64,000 bases of DNA from Oscillospiraceae bacterium. Lineage in GTDB: Bacteria; Bacillota; Clostridia; Oscillospirales; Oscillospiraceae. The DNA lies in NCBI GenBank assembly GCA_902775105.1, contig CACYLC010000003.1, positions 9,586 to 73,585 on the forward strand, in the 5' to 3' direction. A program made the translations under genes and the position numbers. This document shows positions 46,030 to 54,078 of this stretch, in pieces. The first letter of the stretch is position 1. The number at the start of each line of letters is the position of its first letter. Below the pieces are notes generated by a model that had not been told where the DNA came from, made no database searches, and worked only from the letters and a program-made list of their open reading frames with translations.

Positions 46030-46719
46030 ATGGAAATTTTAAAGATCGAACATCTGACCAAAATTTACGGCTCCGGCAACAACGAGGTGCGGGCGCTGAA
46101 CGATGTATCCTTCTCCGTGGAACAGGGAGAATTCCTTGCCATCATCGGCCCCTCCGGCTCCGGCAAGTCCACCCTGCTGCATATTCTGGGCGGCGTGGAT
46201 CGGCCCACGGGCGGCAAGGTGTGGATGAACGGACAGGACGTTTACGCTCAGAACGAGGATCAGCTCGCCATTTTCCGCCGCAGACAGGTGGGGCTGATTT
46301 ATCAGTTCTACAACCTCATTCCCGTGCTCAATGTAGTGGAGAATATGACGCTGCCCGTACTGATGGACGGCAGAAAGGTAAACGAGGACAGGCTCAACGA
46401 GCTGCTGGAGACTCTCTCCCTGACAGAGCGGAAGAACAACCTTCCCAACCAGCTCTCCGGCGGTCAGCAGCAGCGGGTGTCGATCGGCCGGGCGCTGATG
46501 AACGCTCCCGCCGTGGTGCTGGCGGACGAACCCACGGGCAATCTGGACTCCAAGAACAGTCAGGAGATCGTGGAGCTTTTAAAATTCTCCAACCGCAGGT
46601 ACAACCAGACACTGGTCGTCATCACCCACGATGAATCCATCGCGCTTCAGGCTGACCGCATCATTGCCATTGAGGACGGACGGATCGTCCGGGATGAGCG
46701 GATTCGGAGGGTTAAGTGA
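46030..46719 (+). CDS. ABC transporter ATP-binding protein (MacB/BceA class)
   Basis: 229 aa with GPSGSGKST, LSGGQQQRV and ADEPTGNLD. Confidence 0.93.
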   Translation: MEILKIEHLTKIYGSGNNEVRALNDVSFSVEQGEFLAIIGPSGSGKSTLLHILGGVDRPTGGKVWMNGQDVYAQNEDQLAIFRRRQVGLIYQFYNLIPVLNVVENMTLPVLMDGRKVNEDRLNELLETLSLTERKNNLPNQLSGGQQQRVSIGRALMNAPAVVLADEPTGNLDSKNSQEIVELLKFSNRRYNQTLVVITHDESIALQADRIIAIEDGRIVRDERIRRVK

Positions 46720-49457
46720 TGAACGTATTCCATCAGTTTACCCGGAAATCCCTCTTAAAAAACCGCACAAGGACGCTGGTGACGGTCATCGGCATTGTCC
46801 TCTCCATGGCGCTCTTTACCGCTGTCATTGAGGGCGCTTACAGCGGCGTCCAGTTTCTCATTCGCTCCGTGGTGGATGGAAACGGTGCCTTTCAGGGCTA
46901 CTACTACGATCTGACCGAGGCGGAGGCGCAGGAGGCCCAGTCCGCCGAGGGCATCAAAGACAGCGCCACGTGGCAGCAGGTGGGCTGGGCAGAGATCAGC
47001 GAAAATGAGGTCTCTCCCTATCTCCTCATCAAGTCGATCAGCGGCAACTTTTCCGATCTAGTGGCCGTCCATCTGGTCAGCGGGCGGATGCCGGAAAACG
47101 AGAACGAGATCATCCTCCCCGTCCATCTGGGAACCACCGGAGGCGTGCAATACACCGTCGGTGACACGCTCACTTTGGATGTGGGAAAGCGCACGGCGGA
47201 CGGCGAGGAGGTGGCGGAGGAATATCCCTACCTGCTCTATGGGCCGGAGGAAATTACGGACACCACAGAGCGCACCTACACCGTCGTCGGCATCTATGAG
47301 CGGCTGAACTATTCCATTGAGGCCATCGAGTGCCCCGGCTATACTGCCCTCACCGCAGGCGGCGGCACCGGGTATTACAGTGTTTTTTTCACCCTCAAGC
47401 CGTGGCTCAGCTTTTACTCCTACATGGAAGAGCACGCAGTCTCTCCCAACTATCGGCCTCACTCCGGCCTGCTGCAGATCAGCGGCTCCTTCCGCAATGG
47501 AAATATGTCCGCTCTGGTCTATGGCTTTGCGGCGGTGCTGGTTTTCCTCATCTCCTTTGGCTCTATCTCCCTGATTTACAACTCCTTTTCCATCTCCGTC
47601 AGTGAGCGCACCCGGCAGTTCGGCATTTTAAAGTCGGTGGGCGCAACGAAGAAGCAGATTCGGGGGAGCGTCCTCTACGAGGCGCTGCTGCTCTGCGGCG
47701 TGGGGATCCCCATGGGGCTGATCGTAGGCTGTGTGGGCATTGGCATTACGCTCTGGTGTCTGCGGGATGCCTTTACCGGCATGTTCTTTACAGGCAGCGC
47801 TGTGCAGATGCGTCTCGTGCTGAATCCTCTCGCCCTGCTGGCGGCAGTGGCGGTCTGCCTCGTAACCACCCTCATCTCGGCGTGGATCCCCGCCCGGCGG
47901 GCCATTCGCATCTCCCCCATTGAGTCCATCCGTCAGTCCGGGGATGTGAAGATCAAGGGGAAGGAGGTCCGCACCTCCAAGCTCACGCAAAAACTGTTCG
48001 GCTTTGAGGGGATGATGGCCTCCAAGAATTTTAAGCGCAACCGCAAGCGGTACCGCTCCACCGTCATCTCTCTGTTTCTCAGCGTGACGTTGTTCATCTC
48101 CGCCTCCTCCTTCTGCTCCTATCTGACCGACGCCGTGGACGGCTTCACTTCCTCTGACATGGATGCTGACATCGTTTACAGTATCTGGCGGGATTCCAAT
48201 GTTGACCCGGACGAGGTTCTCGCCCTGCTTTCCAGTGTGGAGGGCGTGATGGAGAGCGGCTATCTGTCGGCAAACTATAATGCGCCCTATTTCCATTTGG
48301 AGGACGTCTCGGAGGAGTACTGGGCGGCTCCGTTCAACGACCGCTCTTTTTATGAGGAGCAGCATTTGGACGCTGAGGTCAGCGGCAAAGTGGCCTTTAT
48401 CGACGACGAGGCGTTTCGGCAGCTCTGCCGGGAGAACGGTCTGAACGCCGAGGACTACTTTGACGCCGATGCGCCCAAAGCGGTGGTCTACAATCAGAGC
48501 GTGGTGGGCTATTCCGAGGATGACGGACCTGCCAAGTACTATCACTTCACCGTGCTGGACGAGGAACGGCTGCCCATCACCGGTTATGTTGAGATCGTCA
48601 GGGAATACGGCGGATATATCAACTACGATGAGGAGATTGACGAAAATGGAAATCTCTGGTATCTCTACTACCCAGAGGAGGACTGGAGCCGACTCTTGCT
48701 CTCCTCCGATGACTACGACGAGGTGACGCCGGAGGAGAGCAAGATCATGCGCATCCCTGCAGGGGAGGCGGTGCTGCGGGCAGATTTGACCATCAGCGCT
48801 GTGGTTCAGAATCTCCCACTCTCCCTGTCAACAAAGAATATGGCGATCCTCTATCCCTACAGCATGAAGCAGGCCGTACTGGGTGAGGAGTTGGAAGAAC
48901 AGTATATCTATAGCACCGAATTTGCTTTCACCGCCCCCAACCACAGTCAGGTCTACAACGAGATGAAGCAACGCCTGACCGACAATGGGATGGAGACCGG
49001 GTCACTGACCGATGCTGCCGCCCAGCAGGAGACGGAGCGGGCGCTGGTGTTTGCGGTCAACGTGTTTGCCTATGGATTTATCATTCTCATCTCCCTGATC
49101 GCCGTTGCCAATGTGTTCAACACCATCTCCACTAACGTCTCCCTTCGCCGCCGGGAGTTTGCCATGCTGAGGTCCATCGGTTTGTCGGGCAAGGGGTTCC
49201 GGAAGATGATGAATTACGAGTGCATCATTTACGGCTTGAAGGGACTTGCCTGGGGACTTCCCGTCTCGGTAGCGATGACCTATCTCATCTACCGTATTAC
49301 CGGCCTTGCATATCGCAGCGGATTCTATATTCCGTGGTACAGCATGGCGATTGCGGTGGGCAGCGTATTTGCCGTGGTTTTTGCCACCATGCTCTATGCC
49401 ACCAATAAGATCAAACACGACGATCCCATTGATGCGCTGAAAAACGAAAATCTCTAA
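46716..49457 (+). CDS. FtsX-family ABC permease, fused double module (913 aa)
   Basis: Two repeats of TM, large ectodomain and 3 TM. The ectodomains span roughly aa 41-255 and 473-795. FtsX-type C-terminal TM bundles. Overlaps the ATPase stop (GTGATG). Confidence 0.9.
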   Translation: MMNVFHQFTRKSLLKNRTRTLVTVIGIVLSMALFTAVIEGAYSGVQFLIRSVVDGNGAFQGYYYDLTEAEAQEAQSAEGIKDSATWQQVGWAEISENEVSPYLLIKSISGNFSDLVAVHLVSGRMPENENEIILPVHLGTTGGVQYTVGDTLTLDVGKRTADGEEVAEEYPYLLYGPEEITDTTERTYTVVGIYERLNYSIEAIECPGYTALTAGGGTGYYSVFFTLKPWLSFYSYMEEHAVSPNYRPHSGLLQISGSFRNGNMSALVYGFAAVLVFLISFGSISLIYNSFSISVSERTRQFGILKSVGATKKQIRGSVLYEALLLCGVGIPMGLIVGCVGIGITLWCLRDAFTGMFFTGSAVQMRLVLNPLALLAAVAVCLVTTLISAWIPARRAIRISPIESIRQSGDVKIKGKEVRTSKLTQKLFGFEGMMASKNFKRNRKRYRSTVISLFLSVTLFISASSFCSYLTDAVDGFTSSDMDADIVYSIWRDSNVDPDEVLALLSSVEGVMESGYLSANYNAPYFHLEDVSEEYWAAPFNDRSFYEEQHLDAEVSGKVAFIDDEAFRQLCRENGLNAEDYFDADAPKAVVYNQSVVGYSEDDGPAKYYHFTVLDEERLPITGYVEIVREYGGYINYDEEIDENGNLWYLYYPEEDWSRLLLSSDDYDEVTPEESKIMRIPAGEAVLRADLTISAVVQNLPLSLSTKNMAILYPYSMKQAVLGEELEEQYIYSTEFAFTAPNHSQVYNEMKQRLTDNGMETGSLTDAAAQQETERALVFAVNVFAYGFIILISLIAVANVFNTISTNVSLRRREFAMLRSIGLSGKGFRKMMNYECIIYGLKGLAWGLPVSVAMTYLIYRITGLAYRSGFYIPWYSMAIAVGSVFAVVFATMLYATNKIKHDDPIDALKNENL

Positions 49458-49458
49458 C

Positions 49459-49490
49459 AAAAAGGATGCTGCCGCGGCAGCATCCTTTTT
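49459..49490. terminator. perfect 32-nt palindromic terminator
   Basis: AAAAAGGATGCTGCCG/CGGCAGCATCCTTTTT, directly after stop 49457. Confidence 0.85.
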
Positions 49491-49587
49491 CAGAGGGATC
49501 GTATTTTATCTTGCATATCAAATTGTGTCAGGATATAATGGTATCTGTTAAGAAAACGATCCGACTTTTTTGAAGGAGAGAGAACAG

Positions 49588-50133
49588 ATGGATCTGACAT
49601 ATTATCCCAATATTGCCGCAAAAGCCAACGAGCTTGGCGGAGTCAAAAAGACGCTGTTTAACAAAAAGCTGCTGGAAGAGGCGGAGCGGAGCTGGAGACA
49701 GTTCTCCTCTGAGGACATCGCCCGCATCGAGCAGGAGGCGCCCTCCGCTGTGAAGGTGCTGACTTCCTTTATCACGCCCACTGCGATCCTGAATATGAAC
49801 CGGAATGAGCACGCCCTCCGTGCGATCCCCGTCCGAGACATCATCTGGATCTATGGCAACGTCACCACCACCCGGGTGAATTTCATTCCCACCACTAAGA
49901 TGCATGAGGTAAAGGTGCTGACCCGCAGCGGTGAGACTTACCTTCTGGGTCAGGTCACCACCGCCGCCTTCACGAGAAAGAACCCCTGCGGCGATGCTAT
50001 CGGTCAGATCCGGGAGCTGCTCACTCCCTACCGTAAGGGCATTATCTACGGCTGGTCGGAGGAGGCGGCGGAGTTCATCCGCTCCCGTTTCCAGGAGGCG
50101 GTCCAAATGGTGGACGAAAAAAGCGCCGAGTGA
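49588..50133 (+). CDS. hypothetical cytoplasmic protein (181 aa)
   Basis: Start set to ATG 49588 after GGAGAGAG. No signal peptide or TM. No family recognised. Confidence 0.55.
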   Translation: MDLTYYPNIAAKANELGGVKKTLFNKKLLEEAERSWRQFSSEDIARIEQEAPSAVKVLTSFITPTAILNMNRNEHALRAIPVRDIIWIYGNVTTTRVNFIPTTKMHEVKVLTRSGETYLLGQVTTAAFTRKNPCGDAIGQIRELLTPYRKGIIYGWSEEAAEFIRSRFQEAVQMVDEKSAE

Positions 50134-50163
50134 CGGAGTACAGCCCCGTTTTATAACATCAAA

Positions 50164-50215
50164 ACGACAGAACGCAAACCTGGCGGGGCAGCCCCCTTCG
50201 TTTGTGTTCTGTCGT
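50164..50215. terminator. long hairpin between convergent genes
   Basis: 16-bp stem ACGACAGAACGCAAAC / GTTTGTGTTCTGTCGT (one G-U) with a 20-nt loop that contains the GGGGCAGCCCC mini-hairpin. Confidence 0.55.
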
Positions 50216-50219
50216 TGTT

Positions 50220-50921
50220 TCATTGCCGCTCCGCTACGCCCTCCGTCAAGGTCAGCAGCACCACCGTTCTCTCCGTGCCGCCCGGATCCTTGCAGGTGGA
50301 GAGGGCGACGATATGGTCATTTCCCGGCATTCGATAGATGGCGGATTCTGTCTCTGCCAGCTTTATGACCGGCTCGCTGCCGTTGGGAGTGAAGATGGCC
50401 TTCACCTCGGCGTCGGTCCGAAGGGCAGCAAAGATGCGGATTTGATAGACCGTCTCCCCTACCGTCAGGGTGCCGGTGCAATGGGCATCAAAATAGCGCT
50501 CGTCAAAAAAGGCGTCCAATGCGCCGAACATGACGCCGTCCGCCATGTGGTGTCCGTAGACCAGCGAATAACTGTCGCTGAAGTCCCCGGCGTTTCTGCT
50601 GTCCAAAAAGATGGAACCGGAGAGAGAGTACTCCCCATAGGGATCGGTATTCAGGTATTTGCTGTTGGTCTCCCCCTGCATAATGGGGTAGTCGATTTTG
50701 GTATCGTCGATGGTCAGCCACGCCACATAATCGTCAGAAAGAGGTATCTGCTCTCCTTCGCCGCTGCCCGGTTTGTAGACCGAGACCCGGTCTGCCGAGG
50801 CATTGCAGTAGACGCAGACAGTGTCGTAGACGAAATAGACGCCCAGAAGCAAAAGCAGGACGAGAAACACTGCCAGTATTCTGTCGATCAGATCGTCAAG
50901 AATACGGATCATTCGATGCAA
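50220..50921 (-). CDS. srtB: class B sortase
   Basis: 233 aa with N-terminal TM, DYVAWLTIDDTKIDYPIMQG, YGHHM (His), active-site LSTC and a downstream Arg (ERTVV). Confidence 0.87.
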   Translation of the reverse strand: MHRMIRILDDLIDRILAVFLVLLLLLGVYFVYDTVCVYCNASADRVSVYKPGSGEGEQIPLSDDYVAWLTIDDTKIDYPIMQGETNSKYLNTDPYGEYSLSGSIFLDSRNAGDFSDSYSLVYGHHMADGVMFGALDAFFDERYFDAHCTGTLTVGETVYQIRIFAALRTDAEVKAIFTPNGSEPVIKLAETESAIYRMPGNDHIVALSTCKDPGGTERTVVLLTLTEGVAERQ

Positions 50922-51020
50922 CTCTGCTCACCTCCGCCTGTCTTTGCTTCATCTTATCACTGCGCACCTGAAATTTCAACGAATTCACCGGATTTTCCTG
51001 CAAGGCTCAGCGTAAAAATC

Positions 51021-51055
51021 CCCGGCTCTACGTCAATAGTTGACGTAGAGCCGGG
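51021..51055 (-). terminator. rho-independent terminator of the ECF/ABC operon region
   Basis: 16-bp perfect stem CCCGGCTCTACGTCAA tag TTGACGTAGAGCCGGG. On the minus strand it is followed by GATTTTTAC. Confidence 0.75.
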
Positions 51056-51306
51056 ATAGACCAAGGCTCCTCACTTCCGGCAAATGCGTCGGCGGTGAGG
51101 AGCTGAACGTGCCAAAGATCGTCGCAAGGCCGTGGGAGACTGTACGCTTTATTGAGCTGTTGACACAGCTCAATACGGGTATCGTCTGAACTCTCCTGCG
51201 TATTTGACCACACCTATTTTCCTTTCGATGGAGGGCAGATGGTTTCCATTCGGGTCATAACGTCATCATACACACCCTCTTTGAACTCACGGACAGTCAT
51301 TTTCAT
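51028..51306 (-). pseudogene. 92-codon ORF interrupted by an in-frame TAG (51214-51216)
   Basis: MKMTVREFKEGVYDDVMTRMETICPPSKGK*VWSNTQESSDDTRIELCQQLNKAYSLPRPCDDLWHVQLLTADAFAGSEEPWSIPALRQLLT*. Both halves are in the same frame. Starts 14 nt after the ecfA stop. No family recognised. Confidence 0.3.
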
Positions 51307-51319
51307 CCAAGCAGCTGGG

Positions 51320-52741
51320 TCAGCCCCTTTTCAATACGATTTTCCGCCCGCAGCAGGCGTGGATCAACTCGCTGTCATGAGTCACCACAAGGAGGGTGAT
51401 CCCCATAGCCTGTACACGCTTCAACAGCTGCGCCGTTTCCATCATGTGTGCGTAATCAAGCCCGCTGGTCGGCTCATCGAGCAGGAGCATCTCCCGCCCG
51501 GAGGCAATGGCGCAAGCGATGGCAAGCCGCTGCTTCTGTCCTCCTGACAGGCTCTGGGGGTGACGATCCAAAAAAGCGTCCAAATCCAGCTGCCGGAGAA
51601 GCTCCGTGGCTTTTTTTTCCGCATCCTCGGCGCTTTTGGGAGAGCTGATGAGCACCTCCTCCAACACGCTCTCGGTAAAAAGCTGATTGCCCGTGTCCTG
51701 CATCACCATGAAACAGATCTTTTGCCGCTCCTTGCGACCATAGATTTTCTCCTTGTATTCCATGATTCCCTTGCAGCGTTTTTCCAACCCGCAGAGGCAG
51801 TTGAGGAAGCTGGTCTTGCCTGCGCCGTTGGCGCCGGTGACGGCGGTGATCTCGCCTGCGGCAAGCTTTAAACGGTCGATGCTCACAATTTCTCGCTTCT
51901 CTCCCCGATAGGAGAAGCGGAAATCCTGGAGCACGATGGGCTCATCGCCGTATGCAAAGTCCGGCAGCAGCACATCCGTCGGCGGTTCCTGTACGGTGGA
52001 GCGCAGTCCCATCTCCAATAGCTCGGATATGGACAGCCCGTCCTTTTCCGCTCCGGAGAGCTCCCAAACGATTTGTCCATCCCGCAGGATCACGGCCCGG
52101 TCAATCAGATCCCACAGATAGGCAATGCGGTGCTCGGCAGCGACGATTGTCTTCCCCTGCTGCTTCCAGCGGATCACCATCTCCCGCAGCGCCATGGTTG
52201 CTTCATAGTCCAGATTGGCAGATGGCTCGTCCAACAGAATGATTTCTGATCCCGCCACACTGACGGAAGCGCAGGCAATTTTCTGCTTTTCGCCATCGGA
52301 GAGGTGAAAAATATTTCGATCCATCAAGGATTTAATGTGAAAATCCGCAACAGTTTCATCGATACGCTTGTAGATGTCCGCCTCCGACAGGCCCCTGTTT
52401 TCACAGCTGAAGGCAAGCTCCCCGGTAGTGTCCACATTGTAAAATTGAGAGCGCGGATTCTGGAATACCGTGCCGACCAGCCCGGCGGTATCATAGAGTT
52501 CCTGATCGCTGACAGATTTTCCGTTGATCAGGATCTCTCCGCTCAGCGTACCGGGATAAAACTGCGGGATCAGTCCGTTGATAAGCCGCAGGATCGTTGT
52601 TTTCCCGCAGCCGGAAGGTCCGGTCAGAAAGACAAATTCCCCATCCCTCACGGCCAGGCTCACATTGCGCAGGCTGTTTTCATGCTTGGTTGCAGCGTTG
52701 TCCGACCCGTAGACAAAGCTCACATTTTTTAACTCCACCAT
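51320..52741 (-). CDS. ECF transporter fused double ATPase (EcfA-EcfA')
   Basis: Start set to ATG 52741 (MVELKNVSF). Two Walker A sites (GPSGCGKTT; GANGAGKTS) and two signatures (LSDGEKQK; LSGGQKQR). Confidence 0.9.
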   Translation of the reverse strand: MVELKNVSFVYGSDNAATKHENSLRNVSLAVRDGEFVFLTGPSGCGKTTILRLINGLIPQFYPGTLSGEILINGKSVSDQELYDTAGLVGTVFQNPRSQFYNVDTTGELAFSCENRGLSEADIYKRIDETVADFHIKSLMDRNIFHLSDGEKQKIACASVSVAGSEIILLDEPSANLDYEATMALREMVIRWKQQGKTIVAAEHRIAYLWDLIDRAVILRDGQIVWELSGAEKDGLSISELLEMGLRSTVQEPPTDVLLPDFAYGDEPIVLQDFRFSYRGEKREIVSIDRLKLAAGEITAVTGANGAGKTSFLNCLCGLEKRCKGIMEYKEKIYGRKERQKICFMVMQDTGNQLFTESVLEEVLISSPKSAEDAEKKATELLRQLDLDAFLDRHPQSLSGGQKQRLAIACAIASGREMLLLDEPTSGLDYAHMMETAQLLKRVQAMGITLLVVTHDSELIHACCGRKIVLKRG

Positions 52742-53472
52742 AACGTCACCCCGCAAAGCTCCAGTATCCACACCCCAATGACGGCGGCACACAGCAAGAG
52801 CAGAACATGATCCTGGATGCGAAAACCAATGCGGCAGATATTTGTCCGCTTCACCGGCGCACCGAGCCCACGTGTCAGCGCCGAGGCAGACAGTTCTTCC
52901 CCAATTCGGACGCAGGAGGTCATCATGGGTACCATCTGGTACTCAACCACCTGACCCGCTTTCGTACCACCGAAACGGATTCCCCGCATCCCCATCGCCC
53001 GGCGGATGGAGCGCCACTCCGCCGCAACAGTGGGAAAAAGGCGAAACATCACGGACATGGGAATCGTGATCGTACTCGGCATGTATAGCTTCTCCATGGC
53101 ACAGATGAACTCGCTGACCGAAGTGGTGCCAATGAGATATTCACCCATGACGATCGTCACGACAAAGCGAGTTAAAATACCGCCGCACATAAGGGCAATA
53201 TAATTCAGCACACCCGGCAAATACGGCATGGCAAGGAGCAGCCCATAGCCAAGCACCAGCACGAGCAGCCCGTGCAGAAACCGCCGCCACTGCCGTTCCA
53301 CCAGAAGCAGGAGGAACGGCAGTGCAGAGAGTCCCGTTTTGACCGGCTCCATCTGCTCCCCGCCAATTCCGCCCAACACGAACAGAGCGATGATCACGAC
53401 AAGCGCCAGCTTCGTGCGCGGGTCAATGAATCCCCGCCGCTTCTCCTGTGCCGCTTTGGAACAATACCTCAT
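52729..53472 (-). CDS. ECF transporter transmembrane (T) component
   Basis: Start set to ATG 53472 (ATGA overlap with the upstream stop). CbiQ/EcfT-like 5-6 TM with an Arg-containing coupling helix (IRRAMGMRG). Confidence 0.82.
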   Translation of the reverse strand: MRYCSKAAQEKRRGFIDPRTKLALVVIIALFVLGGIGGEQMEPVKTGLSALPFLLLLVERQWRRFLHGLLVLVLGYGLLLAMPYLPGVLNYIALMCGGILTRFVVTIVMGEYLIGTTSVSEFICAMEKLYMPSTITIPMSVMFRLFPTVAAEWRSIRRAMGMRGIRFGGTKAGQVVEYQMVPMMTSCVRIGEELSASALTRGLGAPVKRTNICRIGFRIQDHVLLLLCAAVIGVWILELCGVTLWWS

Positions 53473-54059
53473 CAGGCGATCCCGGCTTTCGCAAAGTGCT
53501 TTCTGAGCAGCGCACGGCCCAACATCCCTCCAATGACGCCGCAGCCGAAGCAGGCGATCAGCAGCACGGGTGCCATCCACAGAGGCATCAGGCGCTGTAC
53601 CGCATTGATGTACTCCTGTCCGTAGCTCTGCCGCTGGGCGAAGTAACCCTCATAGTCGGTAAACAGCGGCAGATAGTTGCCCCAGATCCACAGGCTGAAC
53701 AGTCCGTAGGTCACGACGGCCTTCTTTGCGCTCTTATAGTCTCCGCTGCGATAGCAGAGCTCCGCAAGGATACCCGCAACAGCGCAGGTCAGCAGCGGCC
53801 AGGGGCCCATTCCGGTGAGCAGCATCATAATGCCCATAATCATAGCCATAACAAAAATCATGCCGGGCTTTTTGACCTTGGTCAGAAAGAGCATAAAGGG
53901 GATGCCGCCGAGGATCGGTACGATAACGGATAAGAGCGGCAGGAAGATGGGAATCATGCCGAGCATGGCCACCGCCATCAGAATGACGAAGTAGATGGCC
54001 GAGTAGATGCCGACGTTAATGAGATCCCGGCCTTTGAGTTTGTTTTCTGTCTTGCTCAT
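53472..54059 (-). CDS. MptD / Trep_Strep family putative ECF S (substrate-capture) component
   Basis: Start set to ATG 54059 (GGGAGG 7 nt upstream). About 195 aa and 6 TM. N-terminus KLKGRDLINVGIYSAIYFVILM is typical of the family. Confidence 0.75.
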   Translation of the reverse strand: MSKTENKLKGRDLINVGIYSAIYFVILMAVAMLGMIPIFLPLLSVIVPILGGIPFMLFLTKVKKPGMIFVMAMIMGIMMLLTGMGPWPLLTCAVAGILAELCYRSGDYKSAKKAVVTYGLFSLWIWGNYLPLFTDYEGYFAQRQSYGQEYINAVQRLMPLWMAPVLLIACFGCGVIGGMLGRALLRKHFAKAGIA

Positions 54060-54078
54060 GTGTTTTGCCTCCCGCATT

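Noticed and set aside
51214-51216. TAG as pyrrolysine or programmed read-through
   Set aside because: There are no pyl genes or methylamine methyltransferase context, and the ORF has no recognisable family. A nonsense mutation or non-coding sequence is more parsimonious.
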